From an uncultured Ectothiorhodospiraceae bacterium (GTDB lineage: Bacteria; Pseudomonadota; Gammaproteobacteria; HK1): a stretch of DNA of 32,310 nt. Under the pieces are notes generated by a model, which saw nothing but the letters and a program-made list of their open reading frames with translations, searched no databases and was not told where the DNA came from. Position numbers and translations under genes: made by a program. Numbering within the stretch: the first letter of the stretch is position 1; every line of letters begins with the position of its first letter. Below are positions 9,693 through 17,334 of the stretch, piece by piece. The stretch spans positions 1 to 32,310 of the forward strand of contig CAYFYD010000001.1 of assembly GCA_964347195.1 (NCBI GenBank). Direction: 5' to 3'.

Positions 9693-9874
9693 GGCGCTGG
9701 ACGATCGACACCAATGTTCCGGTAGTGGCGAACGGTCGTGATGACCAAGATCGCCCCTTGGCCCCGGCATGCCGCGAGGCCTCGATCCTTTTCCTCAGGC
9801 GCGTCCTCGAGAAGGGCGAACGCATCTACGATACCGCGAACTGGTTCGCAGACGGACCGCCGAAGGAGCAGTGA
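9689..9874 (+). pseudogene. PIN-like N-terminal fragment (61 codons), probable truncated partner of the degraded ATPase
   Basis: MRRWTIDTNVPVVANG... has a PIN-type (I/L)DTNV start. Its ATG overlaps the stop of the ATPase C-terminal stub (ATGA). The ORF stops after 61 aa, too short for a PIN fold. Confidence 0.35.
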
Positions 9875-9878
9875 AACG

Positions 9879-11387
9879 ATGAATGAACCGGTAACAAAGG
9901 ACACGTTCGAGCTCGAGGTGGCGGACTTCGGGCCGATCGTCGAAGCCAGGATCGATCTGCGTCCGCTCACGGTATTCGTCGGGCCGAGCAACACCGGAAA
10001 GTCCTATCTCGCGATCCTGATCTATGCCCTGCATCGGTTCTTTGGTGGCGACCCGGGACTTGTTCCCGGTCCCTTTCACAGAGGCTATCCGATACTCCAT
10101 GGCTTGAAGACGGAATGGCTTCCCGATGCAACTATCGCCGCTCTTCTGGAAACAGCGCGAGAGCTTCAGGACCCTCCGGAACCGCCAGAACGACAGGGTG
10201 TTCTCCTGCGAGCTCCGGTCACGGACTTGATTCGTTCCAGCTTCGACGAGAGTGGAAATGCGCTCGGTCGTGAAATCTGCCGCTGCTTCGGTATCGACGA
10301 CGCCGGCACGTTGACCCGGAGAGGACGGAGAAAGGGCGCACGGGTCGAGCTGCGGCGACGCATGCGAAGCGACTCTGCACGTTTCGAGCACCAGTTGACG
10401 CTCTCAGGGCAGGCAGCCGAATCCAGAACGACGATCCCCGAGGAGATACCGGTCAACCCCGGGGCTGTCGATCATGTGAGCGAACTACTGCGCCGAACGA
10501 GCGTGGAAGAGCGGGAGGCAGAAGAACGGGACAGAATCCGGTGGATCATGGGTCCCTTTACGGGAATTCTGCACCAACTCGCCCTGCCGTACCTCACCGA
10601 CCCCCTGCACCTTCCCGCGTACTATCTACCCGCCGATCGGACCGGCGTGATGCACGCCCACAGCGTCGTGGTCAGCGCCTTGATCGCAAGCGCGTCGACG
10701 GCGGGCCTCCGCCCGGCTGCCCGCACACCGATGCTCTCCGGGGTGTTGGCGGACTTCCTCGAACAACTCATCGCAGTCGACCGTCTCCGGCGTCCCGGGC
10801 GAAAACGCCAACATGATCTCGGCGCGAACATCGAACAGAGCATGCTCGGTGGCTCGGTGGGTGTCGACAGATCTGCCACGACAGACTATCCGCGCTTCAC
10901 CTATCGGCCGGACGGATGGGAGGACGACCTGCCCCTGATGAACGCGTCGTCCATGGTTTCGGAGCTCGCTCCGGTGGTGCTGTATCTCCGTCACATGGTC
11001 GAACCCGGCAACGTGCTGATCATCGAGGAGCCGGAGTCGCATCTGCACCCGGCCATGCAGGTCGAATTCACCCGCCAGCTCGCGGCGCTCGTCAATGCAG
11101 GCGTAAGGGTGCTCGTCACGACCCACAGCGAGTGGCTACTCGAAGAGCTCGCCAACATCGTGCGGCGTTCGGAACTCTCCGAGGTCGAACGCGGTGACGG
11201 CGTCGCGCTCTGCCCCGACCAAGTGGGCGCGTGGCTGTTCGAGCCGAAGCGACAATCCGACGGGTCGGTCGTCAGGGAAATCTGTCTCGACGACTCCGGT
11301 CTGTATCCTTCCGGCTTCGATGAGGTCGCGACTGCGCTGCACAACGAGTGGGCCGAGCTGTCGAGTCGAATCGGAGCCGGGCCGTGA
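9879..11387 (+). CDS. ABC-type AAA ATPase (AAA_15/AAA_21-like) with no nuclease domain; orphan defence-type ATPase
   Basis: 502 aa from the ATG at 9879. Walker A GPSNTGKS (about 9981-10004), Walker B/D-loop LIIEEPESHLHP and H-loop VTTHS. A long helical insert separates Walker A and Walker B. The protein ends about 70 aa after the H-loop, so it has no Toprim or HNH domain. There are visibly more A/T-ending codons than in flanking core genes. Confidence 0.8.
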   Translation: MNEPVTKDTFELEVADFGPIVEARIDLRPLTVFVGPSNTGKSYLAILIYALHRFFGGDPGLVPGPFHRGYPILHGLKTEWLPDATIAALLETARELQDPPEPPERQGVLLRAPVTDLIRSSFDESGNALGREICRCFGIDDAGTLTRRGRRKGARVELRRRMRSDSARFEHQLTLSGQAAESRTTIPEEIPVNPGAVDHVSELLRRTSVEEREAEERDRIRWIMGPFTGILHQLALPYLTDPLHLPAYYLPADRTGVMHAHSVVVSALIASASTAGLRPAARTPMLSGVLADFLEQLIAVDRLRRPGRKRQHDLGANIEQSMLGGSVGVDRSATTDYPRFTYRPDGWEDDLPLMNASSMVSELAPVVLYLRHMVEPGNVLIIEEPESHLHPAMQVEFTRQLAALVNAGVRVLVTTHSEWLLEELANIVRRSELSEVERGDGVALCPDQVGAWLFEPKRQSDGSVVREICLDDSGLYPSGFDEVATALHNEWAELSSRIGAGP

Positions 11388-11542
11388 CGGGTCTGGTGGA
11401 GAGGGTTCGCCGCGCGCTCGACCCCCGATGCCTCGTCACAGGAAAGTTGGGCAAGGGCGGGTGCAAAGTCTCAGTGAAAACCGCGGGGACATCACGCTGG
11501 CCGATGAACGAAGCGCGCATCGCCGCATGGAGGTTCGCCTAA
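11384..11542 (+). CDS. Small hypothetical ORF (52 aa) overlapping the ATPase stop by GTGA
   Basis: The GTG at 11384 overlaps the TGA of the ATPase gene. Third codon positions are mostly G/C. I recognise no similarity. It may be the stub of a lost partner gene. Confidence 0.2.
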   Translation: MTGLVERVRRALDPRCLVTGKLGKGGCKVSVKTAGTSRWPMNEARIAAWRFA

Positions 11543-11559
11543 TGGAAAGGAGGCCGGAC

Positions 11560-11718
11560 ATGCCCTTCGACACCGCCCCCACGGCTCCCGTCGCCGCGGT
11601 ACCGGCGCGGCACAGCAGACGCCGGCCGGCGCCGGAGTTCCCCGGCTGCGAGACGGTGCCCCTACCCACGAGGAATTGCTTCCCCATATCAGATAATATG
11701 GGTAGTATGGATCCATGA
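11560..11718 (+). CDS. Small hypothetical ORF (52 aa) with a strong SD, overlapping the vapB start by ATGA
   Basis: GGAAAGGAGG lies about 7 nt upstream of the ATG at 11560. The stop overlaps the vapB ATG (ATGA). The sequence is Pro/Ala-rich and unrecognisable, and its 3' end runs through the vapBC operator palindromes. Confidence 0.2.
   Translation: MPFDTAPTAPVAAVPARHSRRRPAPEFPGCETVPLPTRNCFPISDNMGSMDP
11683..11716. promoter_or_regulatory. Putative vapBC operator/promoter
   Basis: Inverted repeat CCCATAT (11683-11689) N6 ATATGGG (11696-11702) enclosing TAATAT. A 10-nt perfect palindrome ATGGATCCAT (11707-11716) spans the vapB start codon. This is a locally AT-rich patch. Confidence 0.45.
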
Positions 11719-11963
11719 AAACGACCCTCGACATCCATGATGAGCTCCTCGTGCGTGCGAAGCGTCATGCCCGGGGCACCGGGCGCCCGTTGCGCGCCGT
11801 GGTCGAGGAAGGGCTCCGCCTCGTGCTCGAGCCCCGAGCCCCACCGCCCCGGTACACACTCCCCGACCTGAGAGTGGGCGATCCGAACGCGCCCGATCCG
11901 CTCGAGCGGTACTCGTGGCCGGAGTTGCGCGAGTCGATTTACGGTGATCCCGGAACCCGTTGA
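11715..11963 (+). CDS. vapB: Type II antitoxin, VapB family (MKTTLDI...-type)
   Basis: 82 aa. The N-terminal MKTTLDIHDELLVRAKRHA motif is typical of antitoxins paired with PIN toxins. There is a 4-nt overlap with the downstream PIN gene. Confidence 0.8.
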   Translation: MKTTLDIHDELLVRAKRHARGTGRPLRAVVEEGLRLVLEPRAPPPRYTLPDLRVGDPNAPDPLERYSWPELRESIYGDPGTR

Positions 11964-12403
11964 TCGCCGTAGATACCAACGTGCTCGTCTACGCGCACCG
12001 CCGCGAAGCGCGAGCCGGCGATGAGGCGCATGCGCTCATGGTCGGGCTCGCCGAGGGCAGTCGCGCATGGGCAATTCCCTGGCCCTGCTGCTACGAGTTC
12101 TTGAGCGTGGTGACGAACCGCCGCATCTGGAACGACGAAGCGACCACGCCGGAGCACGCGTGGAACCAGCTCCAGGCGTGGGCGGCGTCGCCATCGAACC
12201 GCATGATCGGCGAGACCGGCGACTTCATGGACACGCTGAGCCGCTTCGTGCGCCGCCCTCACGTCGTAGGCGGCGTAGTTCATGATGCCCGCATCGCGGC
12301 GATCTGCGTCTCGCACGGGATCGAGGCGCTGCTGACCCGGGACCGCGACTTCTCGTTGTTTCCGGAGCTACGGACACACAATCCCTTCAAATACAGGCCC
12401 TGA
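11960..12403 (+). CDS. vapC: Type II toxin VapC (PIN-domain ribonuclease)
   Basis: 147 aa. (M)IAVDTNVLVYAH at the N-terminus, an internal acidic residue context and C-terminal LLTRDRDF. The TTG start overlaps the vapB stop (TTGA). Confidence 0.88.
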   Translation: MIAVDTNVLVYAHRREARAGDEAHALMVGLAEGSRAWAIPWPCCYEFLSVVTNRRIWNDEATTPEHAWNQLQAWAASPSNRMIGETGDFMDTLSRFVRRPHVVGGVVHDARIAAICVSHGIEALLTRDRDFSLFPELRTHNPFKYRP

Positions 12404-12962
12404 CCCTCTCGGCGGCGACATGCTCCGGCGGGCAGTAGTGATGGACTGAGCCGTCGGGCCGCGCAGGATTGTTCGGTTGTTGCTTGTAGTCACCGCGGAT
12501 CAATGGCACGAGAGTCCTGCGGCCGAAGTGATCGCGGCCTTCGGCGAATTCCTGATTCCTGGTGAACAGGCTATGCAGCTCCTTGACATAGCTCGTGGAC
12601 AAGGGACGCTTCCCCTTGACGAAGGTGAAGACGCTCTCGATGGCACCTTGCTGGTCGTCAATCATGGCTGCGATGTGGGTGGGCGCCTCGTCTCCCGCAC
12701 CGTGAGGAATGAGCGCCGCGTTGATCCCGTGCTCGATCATCAGCTCCGTGATGCCGCGGTCCAGCGTATACAGCCGCTCGATGAGGCCGGTCTCTATCGC
12801 CCACTCGCGCTCGAGCCGCTCTGTGAACTCCGAGACGCTTCGGGATTCGGCAAGCTCGGTCCGACGCTCGATCCATACGCCGGAGAGCGCGCGAAGCTCT
12901 CGGTGGGACAGTTCCTCCGGATCGACTTCGTAGTCGGTGATCGGGCGCCAGGCCTGGGGCAC
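12387..12962 (-). pseudogene. Fic-family protein, 3'-truncated (Fic_N region only; HPFxxGNGR core missing)
   Basis: The 191-aa ORF matches the N-terminal half of Fic/DOC proteins up to ...GDYKQQPNNPARPDGSVHHYCPPEHVAAE. It then reads a few junk codons to a stop. No Fic active-site motif is found anywhere downstream. GTG start with a GGAG RBS, 16 nt after the TPR gene stop. Confidence 0.75.
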
Positions 12963-12978
12963 GGCAAGCTCCGGAACG

Positions 12979-13467
12979 CTACTCGAGTCCGTGCTCGCTC
13001 TTGTAGGCCTCGATCGCCTGGCGGAGCTCGTCGCGTTCTTCGCAGCCGGAGGGACAGGCGGCGGCGAGCTCGGCCAGGCGCTCCTCGGCCATTTCCAGTT
13101 GACCCGTCTCCAGGTACAGCTCGCCCAGGTACTCGTTCGCGCCGAGGTGCCGGGGGTCGATGACGAGCGCGTCCAGGTAGAGCTCCAGAGCCGGCTCCAA
13201 GCGGCCGAGCTTGCGATGGGCGTAGCCGAGCAGGTTCAGCACGTCCGGGTCGTCGGGTTCCTTGCGCCTGAGCTTCTCGAGTATCCGGATCGCGTCTTCG
13301 TAGTCCGCCGCCTCGACCAGGTCCACCGCCCGCTCGTAGCGTGAGCGGGTCGTCTCGCTGCCGCTCGTGTCGCCGCTGGCCGCCGCCGTCGCCACGGTGG
13401 GCGCGCCGAGCCCGGCCAGGGACAGCGCCAAGGCCAGGATCAGGATCAGATGCTTCTTCATCGCCAT
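12979..13467 (-). CDS. Secreted TPR-repeat protein
   Basis: Start trimmed to the ATG at 13467 (GAGGA RBS upstream). Signal peptide MAMKKHLILILALALSLAGLGAP. TPR-like repeats (AIRILEKLRRKEPDDPDVLNLLGYAHRKLGRLEPALELY...). Confidence 0.75.
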   Translation of the reverse strand: MAMKKHLILILALALSLAGLGAPTVATAAASGDTSGSETTRSRYERAVDLVEAADYEDAIRILEKLRRKEPDDPDVLNLLGYAHRKLGRLEPALELYLDALVIDPRHLGANEYLGELYLETGQLEMAEERLAELAAACPSGCEERDELRQAIEAYKSEHGLE

Positions 13468-13607
13468 GTGTCCTCGTGCCGCTCGCCCTCCACGGAGCCG
13501 GAGACTCCCGGTCCGCGAAGGAGAAGGTAACCCGAAATCGGGCACGGTAGAATTCGGGGCCGGGCGGCGGACAGGCGGCCGCCCGATGCGAGGCGCGCGC
13601 CAACCCC

Positions 13608-16600
13608 ATGACTTCTCCACTCGAGCCGGTCCTGCCGCCCGGCCCCGGCCGGCGGGCGCGATGGGGCCACCTGTACGGTGCCAGCCGTGCCCTGGCGATC
13701 GCCGAGAGCGTGCGCCGCCACCCCGGGCTCGTGCTGGTGGTGGTGCCCGATACGCCCGCCGCGCATCGCCTCGAGGCGGAGCTCGGCTTCTTTCTCGGGG
13801 CCGAGGGCGGCGAGGTCCTGCACTTTCCCGACTGGGAGACCCTGCCCTACGACCTGTTCTCGCCTCACCAGGACATCGTCTCGGAGCGGCTGGTCACGCT
13901 CTACCGGCTGCCGACCTGCCGCGGCGGCGTCCTGATCGTGCCGTCAAGCACCCTGCTCGGCCGCCTCTCTCCGCCGGAGTTCGTCCACGGCAGCAGCATG
14001 GTGCTGTCGCCGGGCGAGCGCCTGGACCTCCACGAGACGCGCCGCCGGCTCGAGCGCTTCGGCTACCGCCGCGTCGGCCAGGTGATGGACCACGGAGAGT
14101 TCGCGGTGCGCGGCTCCCTCCTGGATCTCTTTCCGAGCGGTTCCGCGCACCCCTTGCGCATCGATCTCCTGGACGACGAGGTGGACAGCATCCGCGCCTT
14201 CGACCCGGAGACCCAGCGTTCGACCGAGCGCCTCGATCGCGTGCGCCTCCTTCCCGCCCGCGAGTTTCCGCTCACCGAGGCTTCCATCCAGTCTTTCCGG
14301 GGCGCGTGGCGGGCGCGCTTCGAAGGCGACCCGCAGGACTGCCCCGTCTACCGCGAGGTGAGCGAGGGCCGCAGCCCCGCCGGCATCGAGTACTACCTTC
14401 CGCTCTTCTTCGAGCGTACCGCCACCCTCTTCGAGTACCTGCCGGAGGACACCCTGGTGATCCTCGCCGAAGACGTGCACGACGCCGCGCTGCGATTCAC
14501 GCAGCAGGCGCAGCAGCGCTTCGAGAGCCGCCACCACGACCGGGAACGCCCCCTGCTCGAGCCTTCGGAGCTGTTCCTGGCCGTCGACGAGGCCTTCGCG
14601 AGGCTCAAGTCGCACGCGGAAGTCCGCATCGGGCGCTACGAAGAGGAGGCTCGGGGCGGATTCACCGCCTACGACACCCGCGTCCCGGTGGGCATGCCGG
14701 TCAACCCGCACGCGCGGGAGCCCTTCCGCGCCCTCGAGCGCTTCCTCGCAGACTTCGAGGGGCGCACCCTGCTCGTGGCGGAGAGCGCGGGACGGCGCGA
14801 GCACCTGCGCGACGCGCTCGCCGCCTCCGGCCTGCGCCCCGCGGACGCCGGCGACTGGCGCGGCTTTCTCGACGGCGAGGCGGCGCTGGGCATCGCCGTC
14901 GCGCCACTCGAGGAGGGAGCGTGGCTGCTCGACCCGCCCCTCGCCATCGTGACCGAGGCGCAGCTCTTCGGCGAGCGCGCGGTGCAGCGCCGCCGGCGCC
15001 GGAGGAGCAACCGGGACTCCGAGGCGCTGGTGCGCGATCTCGCGGAGCTCGCGCCCGGCGCCCCGGTGGTGCACGAAGACCACGGGGTGGGCCGCTACCG
15101 CGGCCTCGTCACCCTCGACGTGGACGGCATCGCGGGCGAGTACCTGAACCTGGAGTACGAAGGGGGCGACAAGCTCTACGTGCCCGTCGCCTCCCTTCAC
15201 TTGGTGAGCCGCTACACCGGCGTCGACCCCGAGCTGGCGCCCCTGCACCGGCTGGGCGGCCAGCAGTGGCCGCGGGCGCGCCGCAGGGCGGCGCAGAAAG
15301 CCTTCGACGTGGCGGCGGAGCTGCTCGAGGTCTTCGCCCGGCGCGCCGCGCGCCACGGCCACGCCTTCGCCCTCGAGCGCCGGGAGCTGCGTACCTTCGA
15401 GGACGAGTTCCCCTTCGAGGAGACCCCGGACCAGGAGGCCGCGGTCGAAGCGGTGGTCGCGGACATGGCGGACGAGAAGCCGATGGAGCGCCTCATCTGC
15501 GGCGACGTCGGCTTCGGCAAGACCGAGGTCGCGATGCGGGCGGCGTTCATCGCGGTGCAGGACAATCGGCAGGTCGCAGTCCTCGTGCCCACCACCCTGC
15601 TCGCTCAGCAGCACCACCAGACTTTCACCGATCGCTTCGCGCCCTGGCCGATACGCATCGAGCAGCTCTCGCGCTTCCGCTCCCGCCGCGAGCGGGACGA
15701 GGTGGTGCGGGCGCTGGAAGAGGGACGGGTCGACATAGTCATCGGCACCCACCAGCTCCTCCAGCCCGACATCCGCTTCAAGCGCCTCGGACTCGTCGTC
15801 ATCGACGAGGAGCACCGCTTCGGAGTGCGCCAGAAGGAACGCCTGAAAGCGCTGCGCAGCGAAGTGGACGTGCTCACGCTCACCGCCACCCCGATCCCGC
15901 GCACCCTGAACATGGCGCTCTCCGGGCTGCGGGACCTCTCGCTGATCGCGACTCCGCCCGAGCGCCGCCTCTCCATCAAGACCTTCGTGCGGGAGTGGGA
16001 CGGGCCGCTCATCGCGGAGGCGCTCGCGCGCGAGCTGAGCCGCGGCGGGCAGGTCTACGTCGTGCACAACAAGATCGAGACCATCGGCCGCACCGCCCGG
16101 CGCATCGAGGAGCTGGTTCCCGAGGCCGAGGTGCGCATCGCCCACGGACAGATGCGCGAGCGCGTGCTCGAGGGGACCATGCTCGACTTCTACCACCGCC
16201 GTTTCAACGTCCTGGTGTGCACCACCATCATCGAGACCGGAATCGACGTACCGAACGCGAACACCATCATCATCAACCGCGCGGATCACTTCGGCCTCGC
16301 CCAGCTCCACCAATTGCGCGGCCGGGTGGGACGCTCCCACCACCGCGCCTACGCCTACCTCATCGTCCCACCGCGCCGCGCGATGAGCGCGGACGCGGTC
16401 AAGCGCCTCGAAGCGATCGAGTCGCTGGAGGACCTCGGTATCGGGTTCACGCTCGCCACCCACGACCTGGAGATCCGTGGCGCGGGCGAGCTGCTCGGCG
16501 ACGAGCAGAGCGGACAGATCCAGGCGGTCGGATACTCGCTGTACACCTCCCTGCTGGAGCGGGCGGTGAACGCGCTTCGCCAGGGGCGCAATCCGGAGCT

Positions 16601-17066
16601 CGACCGGCCCCTGGACCACGGGGCCGAGGTGGACCTGCGCGTGCCCGCCCTGATTCCCGAGACCTTCCTGCCCGATGTGCATACCCGGCTGCTGCTCTAC
16701 AAGCGCATCGCGAGCGTCTCGAGCAAGGCGGAGCTCGACGAGCTCCAGATCGAGATGGTGGACCGCTTCGGCATCCTCCCCGACCCGACCCGCATGCTCT
16801 TCCGGATCACCGAGCTCAAGCTGAAGGCGACCCCCCTGGGCGTGCGGAAGATCGAGTTCGGGGCGATGGGCGGGCGTATCGTGTTCTCGCCGCGTCCTCC
16901 GGTGGACCCCGGGGAGGTGGTCAGGCTGGTACAGGAAGATCCCGCCACCTACCGGCTGGACGGAGCCGAGAAGATCCGCCTGACGGCGCAGATCGAGGAC
17001 GAGGCCGCCCGGGTCGTCCTCCTGCACGGTCTGCTCGACCGCCTCGCGCTTCCGGAGGCGGCCTGA
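13608..17066 (+). CDS. mfd: Transcription-repair coupling factor Mfd
   Basis: 1152 aa, collinear with E. coli Mfd (DWETLPYD, GDVGFGKTEVA, VIDEEHRFGV, LRGRVGRS, TRG region). Confidence 0.96.
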   Translation: MTSPLEPVLPPGPGRRARWGHLYGASRALAIAESVRRHPGLVLVVVPDTPAAHRLEAELGFFLGAEGGEVLHFPDWETLPYDLFSPHQDIVSERLVTLYRLPTCRGGVLIVPSSTLLGRLSPPEFVHGSSMVLSPGERLDLHETRRRLERFGYRRVGQVMDHGEFAVRGSLLDLFPSGSAHPLRIDLLDDEVDSIRAFDPETQRSTERLDRVRLLPAREFPLTEASIQSFRGAWRARFEGDPQDCPVYREVSEGRSPAGIEYYLPLFFERTATLFEYLPEDTLVILAEDVHDAALRFTQQAQQRFESRHHDRERPLLEPSELFLAVDEAFARLKSHAEVRIGRYEEEARGGFTAYDTRVPVGMPVNPHAREPFRALERFLADFEGRTLLVAESAGRREHLRDALAASGLRPADAGDWRGFLDGEAALGIAVAPLEEGAWLLDPPLAIVTEAQLFGERAVQRRRRRRSNRDSEALVRDLAELAPGAPVVHEDHGVGRYRGLVTLDVDGIAGEYLNLEYEGGDKLYVPVASLHLVSRYTGVDPELAPLHRLGGQQWPRARRRAAQKAFDVAAELLEVFARRAARHGHAFALERRELRTFEDEFPFEETPDQEAAVEAVVADMADEKPMERLICGDVGFGKTEVAMRAAFIAVQDNRQVAVLVPTTLLAQQHHQTFTDRFAPWPIRIEQLSRFRSRRERDEVVRALEEGRVDIVIGTHQLLQPDIRFKRLGLVVIDEEHRFGVRQKERLKALRSEVDVLTLTATPIPRTLNMALSGLRDLSLIATPPERRLSIKTFVREWDGPLIAEALARELSRGGQVYVVHNKIETIGRTARRIEELVPEAEVRIAHGQMRERVLEGTMLDFYHRRFNVLVCTTIIETGIDVPNANTIIINRADHFGLAQLHQLRGRVGRSHHRAYAYLIVPPRRAMSADAVKRLEAIESLEDLGIGFTLATHDLEIRGAGELLGDEQSGQIQAVGYSLYTSLLERAVNALRQGRNPELDRPLDHGAEVDLRVPALIPETFLPDVHTRLLLYKRIASVSSKAELDELQIEMVDRFGILPDPTRMLFRITELKLKATPLGVRKIEFGAMGGRIVFSPRPPVDPGEVVRLVQEDPATYRLDGAEKIRLTAQIEDEAARVVLLHGLLDRLALPEAA

Positions 17067-17117
17067 GCGGCCGCCGATCCGGGTTTCTCAGCGCTTGTTT
17101 CGGGCTTCGTTGCCCGG

Positions 17118-17330
17118 ATTGGGTTCCCGCTTCCGCGGGAATGACGGTAGGGGGCGCGGTAATGACGGGAGGGGGAGCGGGAATGACATCATCTGGGCAA
17201 GGCGCACCACTCCCGCGACCGCCGCCAATCCCTCCATGGCCGTCATTCCCGCGAAGCCTGTCCCCGACCCCGATCGGGGAGCGGGAACCCATCCCGCAGC
17301 CGTCATTCCCGCGGAAGCGGGAATCCATCG
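17118..17330. repeat. Composite palindromic repeat element, copy B (hairpins plus degenerate ~21-bp tandem units)
   Basis: ggttcccgc-ttc-cgcgggaatgac hairpin. Three degenerate units (cgcgggaatgacggtaggggg / cgcggtaatgacgggaggggga / gcgggaatgaca...). Then gtcattcccgcg...tgtccccgaccccgatcggggagcgggaacccat...gtcattcccgcggaagcgggaatccat. It accounts for the RFRGNDG / VIPAEAGIH peptides in the ORF track. Confidence 0.7.
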
Positions 17331-17334
17331 CCTG

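Noticed and set aside
9661-9841. Apparent one-nucleotide disagreement between my reading of the printed sequence and the ORF track (here and again at ~17041-17340)
   Set aside because: In both places the ORF-track translations on both strands agree with each other, and register returns a few lines later. So this is most likely my own base-counting or reading error at line starts and not a real frameshift. I treated the ORF track as authoritative and built no biological claim on it.
8977-12410. Classical integrative element (integrase, tRNA attachment site, flanking direct repeats) for the islet
   Set aside because: I found no integrase or transposase-like ORF, no tRNA and no matching direct repeats at the two edges. 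I describe the region only as a recombination-shaped islet.
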